From positions 58,906-122,905 of the IMG/VR virus record IMGVR_UViG_3300001528_000136: DNA of 64,000 nt. One strand, given 5' to 3'. Each line of letters begins with the position of its first letter. The first letter of the stretch is position 1. The stretch is from a virus. Taxonomy: Duplodnaviria; Heunggongvirae; Uroviricota; Caudoviricetes. Below the pieces are notes generated by a model that ran no database searches, was not told where the DNA came from, and saw nothing but the letters and a program-made list of their open reading frames with translations. The translations under genes were made by a program, and so were the position numbers. Below are positions 24,002 through 37,700 of the stretch, in pieces.

Positions 24002-25873
24002 ATGATATTTAAGTTTCAATAGGGAGGAACAACTCCTCCCTTTGTTGCTTATTAGCCAGTAATTGTGTCTGATAAGCGAACAACCGCCACTTAGGAAGAG
24101 GCTCTGGCTGCAAAAGCTACTAAAGATTCAGAGAGTGGTAAGTTGACTAGTAAAGATTTATATACAATGCTTAAAGAAAAGCTTAAGGGTCTTCCAAGTG
24201 ATGTAAATATAGCTATGAGTTAGTTATAGTAGCTTGAATAGCTTACTTAGATGGATTTTGATGGTTCTTTTACTTAGAATATAGAATCTAAATATTTATC
24301 TACTCTTTAGACCATGAATAATCTCTCTTTTAGTCGAGATTAGTATGATAAAGCTATGGAAACTGTAAAGTCCAATGGAGGATTAAATGAAGCGGCTATT
24401 GATTAGTATGGGCAAGTATATGTAACAAACGGAAAAGATTTTAAATTAATGTCTCCTGATTAGGCTAAATAGTCTGGCTGGACTGTAGTAACTAATTAGG
24501 ACTTATTATATATGAGAGCTAATGACGCCAGTTTAGCAGGCAATGATAAGATACTAAATGTTGTTAATAATGGTATCGGAATTGATAAAGTAACTGATTA
24601 TATTTAGAAATGTATTTAGGGACTTGGTGCTTCTAAATCCGAGGAGACTTTATATGCTAATGTTACTGCTGGTTCAATATTAAAAGGTTTGAATGATTTT
24701 AAATAGGCAGTTGCTTAGTCTGGAAACTATGATGCTACTGTACAAGATTTGTATAGTGGTAAATTAATGACAAAAGATTCAGCAGAATAGGCTCAATAGG
24801 CATTAGCTTATATATATAGAAGTTTGCCTGCTAATATGAAATCTCTTTTAAAAACAAGAACTCAAAATGGTACAGATGAAGAAGCTTTAACTATGGTAGG
24901 ACAATTAGTTAGTTCTAAAACATCCCCAGAAAAATCCTTTGAACTCAAATTAGAAGATACAGCACTAGACCATCAAGAAAAAGCAGCCAAAGGTAGTAAA
25001 GACCCTCACTCTGTTAGTGGTTTAGATATGAATCCAGTAGATATGCTTTAGGCTGGTTATGGATAGAAAAATTAGTTTACTATCTAGACTGCTGCTGGAG
25101 TTTCAAATGGTATTTAGATTCCTACTGTTCAAATGCCAATAACTAAAGAAGGTCATAGTATTGGCATGTCTACACTTATGGACGTGGCATCTAGTGATTA
25201 TGCTGGCTATCTTGATTTCAGTAATGCTTTTATGGGAGATGTATAGATACCGCAAGCAGGAATGCAGAATATTGCAATAGACGGGACAGCCTTATACACT
25301 GCTTACTTACCATTGGATATGACTTATTTTAATGAAACAGGCTAGAAAAGACCAGATATAGGTATGCTTGGGAGATATAAACAAGCGTAGGATGAAATTA
25401 AAAAATCTGGAACTAAAGACCCTAATAAGATTAACACAATCTATAGAAATCATAACTTACCTGTGATGTATAGCCCAAGTGGCGATATTTTAACTAATTA
25501 TGTTAAGTTTGGTATAGTTAATGGCACTGCTTTAGATAGTGCATTTGGTGATGGAGCTAAAATGGCAGATTACTTAACTGAGACAACTGATAAAAATACG
25601 ATAGCTAATACTCTCAATATCCTAAATAAAGGTAGAGGAGAGAAGAACCAAATAGAGTATGATGCAAAAAGTTGGTGGGATTCAGTATCTCCAGTATTTA
25701 ATGATTATACTCATGTTTACAAAGGAACTATATTTATGCCTATTAATGATGACTATTTTACATATTCCGCAGCAGCAGGTTCTAAACCTACTACAGCATA
25801 GGCTGAGATGATAGAAGCTAGATAGTAGGCATCTGCTAAGACTCGTGGTTACATAAATCCAGGACAACTTTAA
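24002..25873 (+). CDS. Virion cargo protein (623 aa, TAG=Gln)
   Basis: Starts MIFKFQQGG. Track fragments 24824 and 25463 are in frame. TAA 25871-25873 overlaps the next ATG. Confidence 0.7.
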
Positions 25874-28800
25874 TGAAAGAGAATGATATTATATTAAATA
25901 TGTTAGCTAACCCTAAATTTACTCTTGAAGATTTTCAAGCAGTAGGTTTAAATAGTGATAACACTGGGTTACAATCTGAAGATAAATATCTAGAAAGTGA
26001 TAAGATAAAATCTATTAGTGCATTTCAAGATTCTAATGGATAGTTTAATAAAAATAAATTTCATAATTTTTATTAGAATGCTGGATAGTTCTATAACTAG
26101 ATGTCTAATGATGATTATGAAAAAGCAATTCTTAAATAGGCTTAGTTTAGTAAGGATAATATATGGGTAAATCCACAACAAAGAACTGTTGATTATAGAC
26201 CTACTTTAGTTAAAAGAGCTAATCCTACTTTAGTAACTAATAGTTTGGAATAGATGGGATAGATGGGTAAAAGAACCTTATCTACATCTGAAATAGCCTA
26301 GACACAAGCAGTAATTGACCCTTTTACAGGTAAAAAATCAGCCAGCCCTAATGATTCTTTCTTTTCTAACCTATTCAATACCTTAGTACTTGCTTCTTAT
26401 GATAATGATGTTGTTGACCCTAAAACTGGTGAGATACTTCATAAAAAGGGCGATTTAAAATATAATGAGGATGGACTTCCTTATTACGAAACACTGTCAG
26501 GACGTGATGTACATGATAAGCAAGTACTTAATAAAATGAATGTACTTACTACTGATGGTTCAGTATGGAATAAATTTGATTTCTTTGATTCTGATGGTTT
26601 AGAATAGAAAGGAGTAGGTTCTACTCTTCTTAGAAATGCTGCATTAGTAGGAAGTATGTTTATTCCTTATGTAGGACCTGTAATTACTGGATTAAGTGTA
26701 GCTACTTAGACAGCAGGATTGTTAGCTACATTAGGTAAACTTGTAGCTGGAAATGATAGTCCTACTTTAAATAATATTCAAGGATGGGCTAAATCTGTAA
26801 ATAGACAAGCTTCAACTGAATATGCTCAACAACATACATGGTGTGCTGAGAATTTTATTAATATGATAGGCGACACTGTAGGTTAGTTAGCAGAATAGCG
26901 TTGGATATTTAAAGCTGCTCCTATGTTATTTGAAGGGAAGAATGCCTGGAAAGCTATGTCTATTGAAGGATAGGAAGCTCTTAAAAAAGAAAAGTTTGCT
27001 GAATTAACTAAAACTAGTAGTTTAACTACTGATAAATTGATACAAGATGCTTCAAGTGAGAAAAATATTCCGTTATTGGAGAAGTATATGACAGAACTTA
27101 AAGCTATTAACGAGACTAAGGCAGCTAAATATGTAGATGACTTAATTAAAAGGGTTAATTAGATAGGTAGTCCTATTTCTAAAGCATACATGACAGGTAT
27201 CACAGTACAAGATACTTATGGTGATGCTAAGTCTGCAGGGGCTTCAGATTTAGAAGCTGCATTACTTACTCTAGGATATGCTGGAGGTGAAGCATGGATT
27301 CTTAATACAGGACTAGGTGAATGGATATTACCTGAATTACATATTGATAAATTTAAAAATAAGGCAATAGCAGAAGCCTTAGTTAGACCAGTTAAAGAAG
27401 CTCAAAAAGTGCTTGAATAGACTGGAGATAAATAGGGATTTGTTAAGAAAATGCTTAACATTGGTAGAAATATAGCTACTAATGTATATGCAGAGAAGGC
27501 TATGGCTAAAAAAACTGCAGGAGTTATTGGAGCACATGCACTAGGAGAAGCATTTGAAGAAACCTCTGAAGAGTTATTGGCGGATGCATCTAAAGCCATT
27601 TTTAATATAACTAGATGGTTAAGAGGTAAAGATTAGCTTAATTTTTGGGAAGGTGATAATGCCTTAGATAGATATGCTATGTCAGCTTTAGGAGGTTTAG
27701 TAGGTGGAGGATTAACATCTGCTGCTACTAACTTTAAATAGGTATATAGTTTAGCAGGAATGGATAATTCTGCTGCTATGTAGTAGCTTCTATACATGGC
27801 TAATAATAATTAGTTAGGAGACTTTTTAAAACAAGTGGATAAAATGACACTTGGTGATAAAAATAAATCAGCCACTAAAACTATTTATGATTCCGACCAA
27901 GGTGTAATATTTGCAGAAGGAACTAAAGATGATAATCAAGATTTAGCAGCTAAATAGGCTATACATAATTAGGTAAAGTTTATTGATAATATATTAACTA
28001 CAAATGGAGCTAAAATAAGTACAGACTCTTTGCTTAGTAAACTATCTATGGAAGATTAGCAAGATGTCTTGAAAAATCTTAAAATAGGTAATTTAAGAAA
28101 TACTAATGTAATAGGTATGTATGCTTAGGATTATCAGAATCTTTAGTCAGATTTAATTAAAGCATCAGCAGAATTAAAGAAAATTGATGATGAAATAGGT
28201 GATGTAAAGAGCAAAGCAACTCCAGAGTAGTAGAAAGCCAGAACAGATAAGGCTGCAGAAATTGATGGAATTAGAGGGAGGTTATAGGAATATTTAAATG
28301 GTACAATTGCTCCAGATTTTATTAGAGATGCTGTATTTGAAATAAATCCATTAATTAATGATAGTTTTATTATTAGCTCTCTGGAACAATATACTAAAGC
28401 TAAAACAGGTAAATTACCTAATTAGTTATCCGATGAAGAGTTAAATAAGTTAGCAGAGGAATTTAAAGCCTATATGAACACTGATGGCAAAAGAGATACT
28501 CATATAGCAGCTGCTGCTTATTAGAATATGATGGAACTTGGTTCTCCTATAATTCAATAGTTTTAGGAATTAGTTAAACAAGCTAACACAAATAATAATG
28601 CTTAGATTGTTAAAGACTTTAATTAGTTTGTAAGTGGCTATTTAGTTGCTTTAGATAATATTGATACTACTGATTAGGAGGGTTATTAGTCTAGAGCTTA
28701 GGCACTTTATAATTCTATAGCTTTAGGAGGAATTAGGACTTTAGCAGAACCATATTTAACATAGGATTAGAAAAATAGGTTATAGGAAATATCTAATAGT

Positions 28801-31800
28801 GCTGAAACAAATCCTGTAACACTTGCAGCATTACAGGGTGAGTCCAATGACATAATAACTGGAGCAGTAGTTAATAATGTTAATGCTTTAATAGACCCTG
28901 TTATAAAATAGGGATATATTAACCCAGAAGTTAGAAAAGCTTTGCTAGAAAGCCTTGGTAAATTAAAAACCCTCAATTCTGACCGTACTACTAGGTTGCA
29001 AAGTAAGATTGAAAAATCTGATATAGCAGGAATGAAAAAACTCAATAAGTAGATGGTTGAAAACAGAAAGCAAATTGAGAATTTACAGGAACAAATAGAG
29101 AATTTACCAACAACACCTGCCCTTGAATTTATAGATAAGTTTAAAATAGGAGCCACTAACTCATAGTTAAATTTCTCAGAACATTGGAAACAAACTATAG
29201 ATAAACTCGCAGATAATAAAAGTGACTTATCTGAGTTTAGTACAGATGATGTGTGGGAAGCTAATAATCAAGAAGCCATTCGATTAGTTAAAGCATTTAG
29301 AGCGGTGCTTGAAGGAATGAAAGTAGATAATGCTGATTTAGGTAATCCTACGGGATATTCTAAAATGCTTAACTTAGTATATTAGAAATCAGCATAGAAA
29401 AACTACGTTCCATTAGCTGAAATAAGTACATAGGAAGCTAATATGATGCTTGAAGATGTTAGTTAGATTCTAGCTAGATTAGAGTTTGCTGACACTTTAA
29501 CTAAGATGAATAGAGGTCAAAAGCTTAAAGAACAAAATAAAGTTGCAGCCAGAAAGAATTAGTTAGTATACAATGGAACTAAAAGACTTATTGATACTTT
29601 ATCTGATTCAGATTGGAAAGATGATAGTATTACTAATTTAAAAAATACATTTAATAATATTACTACAGATGTTAAAGAAGCTTTAGAAAGTGATAATGTT
29701 AAACAAAGTAAGGAGATTAGGGCTGCTGTAGAAAAATATATGATGTAGTTAGATAATGCTATTTATGATTTCTTTCAAGCTAATAAAGATTCTAAGGGTG
29801 AAATAAGTACTGAAAAAATAGGTAAGTTATTAAAGAAATTTGCAGGTGATGCAGGATTCTTTTAGAAAACTAACGCTATACTTAATGAATCTACTAAATC
29901 TCTAAGTGATAATTCTTACATTTGGTATTTAGCTTCTAGAGCAGCCGTAAAAGCCTCTGACTTTTATGGTTCATACAAGAAAGCAGTAAATGACAAAGTA
30001 GCACCAATAGCTAGTTAGGAATTAGCTACCTATCTTGGAGTTGCAGCTATAGCTAATATGAATATGCTTAATAAATTTGTAGATGCTTATAGAAATACTG
30101 TAATCCAAAACTTTAATAAATTATCTGAAAAAGAGAGAACTGATTTATTAAAGTAGTTTGACGGAAGTGGAGAAGCTTATTCTAAAGATTTATTAAAATA
30201 TTTTGGAGCACACGATGTTCTTCCACAATATAAGAATGTAATATTTATTGAAGGTATTGCAGGAAGTGGTAAGAGTAAAGCGGTGTTTAGAAACGTAATT
30301 AACACTATAAATAATATTGACCCAGATTATTTAAAGAACGCTTATTATGTGCATGAGACAGCTGATTCTGCATAGAAAGCAGCAGAGGATTTGGAATTAA
30401 AAGGTTAGACATTTGGTAGGGTCGATTTCTTAAAACACTTATCTCCAGAGTGGAAGGATATTAGAGATAATAATAAAGATGGTAAGAATTATTTATATAA
30501 AGGCTCATTTAAGTTTGACCCAATTACAGGTAAATTAGAGAATACCTGGAAATTAAATAAAATAGCAGATGTCCCAAAGGTTATATTTATAGATGAGGTA
30601 TCCCACTACAATTAGCAAGAAATGAGTATGATAGAACAATGGGCTAAAGAACATGGAACTATTGTACTTACTGCCGGAGACTTTGATTAGGATACTTCTA
30701 TTGCTTTTACTGATGAAATTAAATATAAAGGAGACCCAATAAGTGTTACATTAAATAGAAATAATTTTATTAGAAGTCCTAAGCTAGGTGTATCATTACG
30801 TACTTTAAACAAGCAAATGACTTATTGTACTAAAATGATACAAGCTGCTATTTAGAGACTTAATGAGGGTAAGGGTGATATAGACTTAACATTTAACTAC
30901 TTAGACAATGATTCTGACCATTTAGGACTATTTGGAGTTAAGATAGCCACACCTAATAATCTAGCTAAAGGTCTCGATAAAGCAGAACTTGAACGTATTA
31001 TCCCTACTATTGATTTAATGGTTTCTACATCAGGTGATGAGAAAATAGGATATATTTATCATAGTACTGATACAGAATTATATAAGTTATTAACTACTAA
31101 ATATAAAGATAAGATAGTAGCTTATAAAGATTCAGATGCACAAGGTCTTGAGGGCAAGTATTACATAATAGAGAACAACATCAATCCTAACGTATCTGAT
31201 TCTGTTTTATTAAGGTCTTTGTATACAGGTATAACTAGAGCTTCTTAGGGTGTACTAGCTATAACTCCTGGTACTACTAAGAATATTAAGTCAGTGGGAA
31301 TGTAGCAGGATAATAAATTCTAGTTAGAAACTATTGGACCAGAAGCTATTAAACATGCTTCAAAAGAGAGGCTAGAGTAGTTAGAAGATATGGTAGATGA
31401 GGATGATGGAATATCTAAGTTAGAATCACCAAAAAATACTCCAACACCTGCCAAAGCTCCTGCATCAGGCGGATTACCTCCTGTTCCCCCTCCAGCTAAT
31501 ACTCCTACAGTAAGTACTAAAACTAGTTAGGCAGATGCTGATATAGAAGTAGAAAAATTTAAACAACTTATATATAATCCTGATGGTACTACTAATTCTA
31601 TAGCTAAAAAGTTAGACTAGGAGTTTGATATAATGGGTGTGGAAGCCAAAGAAGATAGTGGTAATTGGATTCCTACTGTTAATTTAAAAAATGGTGATGA
31701 TGAATTTAGTATCCCATTAACTGAATTTAATAAGGAGTATACTCTATAGAAGAAGGATGATAAGTCTACTATTCCTATCTATAATGTAGGGCAATCATTT

Positions 31801-34794
31801 ATAATTAATGATGGAACTTCTGACAAGCATATAACTGTGGATGAGATTTTATCAGGAGACCCTTTGACATACAAAGTATTTGACAAAGATGGTAATACAT
31901 TTGAAATAACACAGGAAGACTTACAGAGATAGTACAAAGGAGAAATCCCAGAAGAACCTGTTATTCCAGAAACTAATACAGTAACCACTGGAATGGAAAA
32001 CGCTTCAACAGAAGAATACGAAGCCGCTATTACATAGTCTAATACGGAGGAGACTACAGAAACTCCTAAATAGGTAGATACTTTATACAGTATGAATACT
32101 TATTTACCAGGAATGAAAAATGATAATGGTAAAGCAGTATTTGATGATGATTCTCCAGAAGGTCAAGCTCGATATAATGCTCGTATAGATGGATTTATAG
32201 GATTATCTAAGTTACTGGGAACTGACGATTGGAATACCTTGGATAGAAACTTTGCATATTGTAGAAATGCTTTATTTGCTAATGACAACAATTCTAAATT
32301 GGCTAAGGATTTAGCTTATGTACTTAATTTAAAAGGTGATGTTAATATTAGGTATGCTTTAAAGAGTTCTGCAGGTAGATATGATTCTAAAGACTCTCGT
32401 TACTATAGATATGACTAGGGAGAAAATGAGGAATGCAGTTATTTACATTCTGATGATGAATCTGCTAAATAGGCTCCTAGAAAGAAAGTAGTAGCTTTGA
32501 TATTTAATGATGGTAAACCTGTTTTAGAAATACCTATAGTTTCACTTAATTCTCCTATATCATTAGTATTCTATACAGATGGAGAAGGTAATTTACTACA
32601 TCCAGAATTAAATAAAGCTTATACAGAAGCACTGAATAAATATAGTGGCGAAAAGAATTAGAGTGATTTAGCAGTACAGGAGGTAATTAACTAGTTTGAT
32701 AAAAGTGGTATAGACTAGGATATAATTGATTTGTTTAAGGTGTATAGATTTACTGGAAATGGTATTTTCTTTTTTGATAAATCATTTAATTTAGCTAAAT
32801 AGTCTCCTACAGGTATTTTACTTACTGGCGAAAAAGGTAATCTACAACAAAATGGTTAGTTTTAGACTTCTAACTAGTTTATAGACTTATCAGAATTAGC
32901 ACAGAATCCTCAGTTTAGAATATCTAGTGTTATGACTTCTAGAGATGGTTTAGTTAATGGCATACATGCAGTAAATCCAGGTCATTCATTTATACTTGTT
33001 GGAAATTCTAATGAGTTTACTAATACAGATGATTTAGTTAAATAGTATGAGAAACAAATTTCTGACAAAAATGAACCTAAGAAAGTATCATTATACTATG
33101 TAATGCCTCCTAAAACTACAGTATCTAAGTGGCTTGATAATTAGCATAATTTATATTTAAATACCTTGGGTTAGAACAAATAGGTGTATAATATAGGTAA
33201 TGATTTTACAGGATATAGAGTTTTAGATTGTCTAGATAAAGCAGGAGTATTAGATTCTATTTAGTCTATTGGAAGTACTGCATAGGGATATAAATCAGGA
33301 TAGGATGTCTTAAATTCTGTTAAAGATATACTAAATAATGTCCGAAATATTGAAAATAAGTGGAGAGGAGAATTAGCTTTAGATAACTCTAACTAGATAG
33401 AAGGAAGAGGAGAGGAAGAGTATTATTAGTTATTAATTAACTAGGGAATGACTGAGCAGGATGCTCGAAGAGTAATGTCTATTAAAGAGATTAATTAGTA
33501 TCTTAAATAGCCTAGTTAGTTAATGTTCTAGGAAGGTCGTACAAATAATTAGGTACTTAATGCTTATTTAACTTGTATGATTTGGAACAGAACAAAAGCA
33601 CCTGGTCAAGCAGAAGTGATTACTTATCATCCTGAAATTAAAGACCAAATAGAGCAAGTATGTAATACTGCGGAAGAGCCTTTAACTGACGTATTTTACA
33701 AAACTCAATATACAGATAAGACACATGGTTCATTTATAGAGATATAGTAGCAAGATAATTGGTAGTTAGAAGGAATAGATGGCGATTCTGCATTTAGAAT
33801 CAATGCACGTATTGACACTACCAATTTTGTATCTGATGAACTTCCTATATCTAGAATAACCAATGAAATAGAACAACATACCTTTAACAGTAATGGCAAA
33901 TAGGTAACTGTATGGGGAATGACTGCTGATGCAAAATAGAGGTATGAATCAGTTTATTTGGATTAGAAGAAACTGGAAACTAAGCCAGACCCTATTGAAG
34001 AGTATGCTCCATATATGAATAGAATTGGTATATCAGAAACAGAACTGGCTAATATTGTATCTAGAGGAGACAAAACTCCTATACAGCAAGGAATAGTAGA
34101 ATGGTTTAATAGTAAAGATTCTCATAATTTCGGTTTTATATATAATGGAAATGTTTACTTATTTAATAATGGCGAATACAAATTAACTTCTAGACCAACT
34201 TCTCTAAATAATACTGATAATTTGACACTAGAAGGAGTAGATGGAAATGGAACTCACCCTATTACTATCACTTTTGAAGTAGATGGAAATGGTAATATTA
34301 CATCTATGTAGGGCAATGTAACTAATTTCACACAAGTAAATGTGGAATCTGCTGGAATCTCCATTTCAGAAGATGAATGGACTAAAGCTCAAGAGGGCAT
34401 TAGGGATTCTATTCCACCCCTACTAGCTAAAAATAGTGCATTTTTAAGAGACTACAGTAAATCCATATCTGCACAAGGTAAGAGGGATTTAAAACGTAGC
34501 CTTGGAACTGCTAAAAAGCTTTTAGCATAGGCAAGAAAGAAGAAAAATCAAACTTAGGAAGAGGCATGGGATAAAATGATTTCATATATAGAATCCTTAA
34601 CTTCTGAAACTAATCCTTCTATCTCACTAGAGGATGGTGATACAGTTATTCAAAATGGTGAAAGATATACTATAGTTAATAAAGAAACATTATTAGCAGA
34701 AAAAGAAGACACTGGAGAACCAGTGAATTTAACTACAGATAATTTGATTAAGGAGGAAACCTAGTGTATTCCTATTAAATTTAAAATGATTTAA
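25873..34794 (+). CDS. Giant virion cargo protein with internal superfamily-1 helicase domain (2973 aa, TAG=Gln)
   Basis: Seven track fragments share this frame. Walker A IEGIAGSGKS (30247-30276), Walker B VIFIDEV (30580-30600), motif III GDFDQ (30676-30690), motif V AQGLE and motif VI YTGITRA (about 31138-31245). Confidence 0.75.
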
Positions 34795-34795
34795 A

Positions 34796-37700
34796 ATGGC
34801 AAAATGTTCACTTAAAAAATCACCTAATGGGGCTTTTGGTGGCTATAGTTAGGAATCTATCGAAGAATTAGAAGACTTTGCTACCACAGCTTTTAATGAA
34901 TCTCTTATGAATGCAGGAGATGGTTCAAATGGAGGCTTAATTAAAAAAGCTGTAAGAGAAGCACTTCATAAAATTGGTGACTAGTATTCTATGAATTAGT
35001 TAGATAAGGTAGCTGAAATTACATAGAACTTACTTGATAATTCTGAAGATTTAGTATTTTTAAATGATTATTTACCTATTGAAGGTATTAAGAATGCTAT
35101 AAATCCTAAATATAGATAGGCAACAAAGGAAAATCCTTCTCTTCTGGGAGAACCGGAGGAGGGGGAAACCCTTTCTAAGAAATCTCAATTCTTAGATGAT
35201 GTATGGGGTACAAATGTAAGATTAAAAAATGCTTATAAACAAGAAGTAACTAATTAGCTTATTAATAAATTTATAATTGATAGAGAACATGGTAAGATTG
35301 TAAAAAATGCTTTAGAAGCTAATTAGAACATCAGAGACTATAAAAACTAGTTATGGTCTGATATTAAACAATACCTAATAGATAGGGGTCTTATAGATGA
35401 ATATACTCCAGATATTTATGAGGATGGAGAATACACAAATGTCTTTGAAGACGAGGAAGTTAAAAAGGCTCTCAAAATATTTGGTTCTTGGGATGCTTAG
35501 AAGATTTAGTTAAACAGAGATACAGAAGACTATAAAATCTTTAAAAAGTGGTTTACATTAAAGAACTTTGATAACTTTACTAAAATGTTACTTGGTAAAG
35601 CTGTTATAATTAAACCAGGTACAGAAAATGTATTTAGTAATGAAGATAACTATTCTTTTGCAACTAAAAATGATGCTGTTATAACTAGTTGGAGAACTAG
35701 CGATGATGTAGTTCTTGAATAGGAGATTGGTGCTTTAGCTTAGTCTTTAATTAATTCTACTCCTTATTATCAATACAAAAATGATGCTGAGACTGGATAG
35801 TATATAAAGTTCTCAGATTTCTACTAGATAATGACTAAACTAAAAGAAGCAGTTTACAATCCAGAAACTTCTAATGTGGTATTTGATAGATTAGGTAGTA
35901 ATTTTAGACAATTATCTGAATCTGGATTACTTACACAACAAGAACTAAATATTATTGAGGGAAAATCTTTAAAAGATATAATTTGTAACATTAGAGAAAA
36001 TCCAGCTCTTTATAGTAAATTGTTATTTACTTCTATAATTAACGATGAGGCAACTTTACGTAAACTTAAATTTACAGACGAAGATTTAAATAAGCTATAT
36101 TCTTTATATAAAGGAATATTTGCTCCTGATGGAAACTCTATTTAGGCTATTCAAGCAAAAGAAGATTATAGAGCTTAGAATTATTATAATTTACTTACTC
36201 AAGTAGTTGATTCTATTAATTCAGTTTAGTTCCTATAGTATAATATTAAAGATGGAGTAGTAGAAACAAGACTTTTAAAAGATTATTCTGCTGAAAATGT
36301 TAGAAAGTCCATAGAGAATAATATAGCTTATACTAATTCTTCACATATCATATCATCGCTGTTTAAAGAGAGAGAATCTAAATTATATAAAATACACGAG
36401 ATAGCTAATTAGGCAGGTAATTTCTCAGGTATTACCTATGACATTCCAGGTACAGGAATAACTGTAAAAGTAGATGAACTTGGAAATGCTATTACCTACA
36501 GAGATAAATCTGGTAAATTATTATCTATCAATGAAATAGAAGGTATAATTAATGACCCCTAGACATCTGAGTCATTATGGCAATTAATTGATGATAATTT
36601 AGCAATTGGAGTATCTTATGATACTGACCTTAGAAAAGCTATTCAAATGTATACCAAGGGAAGAACTGTAATAGATTTAATGAACTTAACTTCTAATGTT
36701 CTTCTTAATAAGTATATTGCAAATGTAAAAGGTGAAAATAGTCATGGTAGAGCATAGTTAAATGCCTTATTTGAAAATATATATTAGGGATATAAAAATA
36801 AACCTACCTATAATTCTGAATTAATGGAGATGGGTTTATATGGAAACAATATGACCCCAATTCTTGATAATATAGCTAAAGCTAAAGCTCTTACTTCTGG
36901 AATTATGTAGTCTGCAATGGTTAAAGATGCAGATGGTAAGACTCTTTCTCAATAGACTCTCAGTCGTTTACTCGGCAATCTAATTCCTCAATATAACTGG
37001 ATTAAATCTTATAACTGGGTAAGTAATAGAAAAACCAATCCATTTGAAAAAATGTCTTTAATGTAGCCAGGAGTATTTAAAGGTATTTATACTACTAGAG
37101 AAGTTAAATCTCCTTATGGAAACAAAGCTTAGACACAGTTTACAGTAGCCGAGTTTAGTTAGAGTGCCTTTTTATATGATTTTGTAGATGGATTTACAAA
37201 GAAATCTGATGTAAGAGGTGATAGAGTAATTGGAAATGGAAAAGTTGGATTATTGCCATCTGTAAACTCTGATAAAAACACAATTAATAGAATGTGTATT
37301 GATTTAATGTAGAAAGTTATTTCAGAGCATCCAGATATTAATGGTAAATAGTTTATAGACCTTACATCCAAAGAAATACAATCATTAACTAGTGAGTAGT
37401 TAGGACATTATTTTAAAGCAGTTAATTAGAATGTTCAACAAGATTTCAACAAATTATTTAATTGGATAAGAACAAAAAAAGGTTTAAGTATTTGGAGTTT
37501 AGAAGACATTAATTAGCAATATAGTAATCCATCTGACTAGTTATATCATTGGGTAAAAGAGTATAATGACACCCATAACGATAATATTTAGTTAATTGAC
37601 TAGACTCATTATACAGTTGATAAAGTCACTAAAAAACTAAAACCTAATATGTTATTAAGAGGTTTGGAATCTAGATTTTCTGACCCTAGTAAACTAGCTA

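Noticed and set aside
28767-29156. Minus-strand track ORFs within the late module (also 354, 2335, 2677, 14907, 23265, 27402, 31779, 33705, 37159, 40889, 42071, 43562, 49686, 51387 and similar)
   Set aside because: All lie antisense to long code-15 genes, have no recognisable motifs and show shadow-like composition.
31420-31530. Pro/Ala-rich low-complexity stretch (PKNTPTPAKAPASGGLPPVPPPANTPT)
   Set aside because: Most simply an interdomain linker after the helicase domain.
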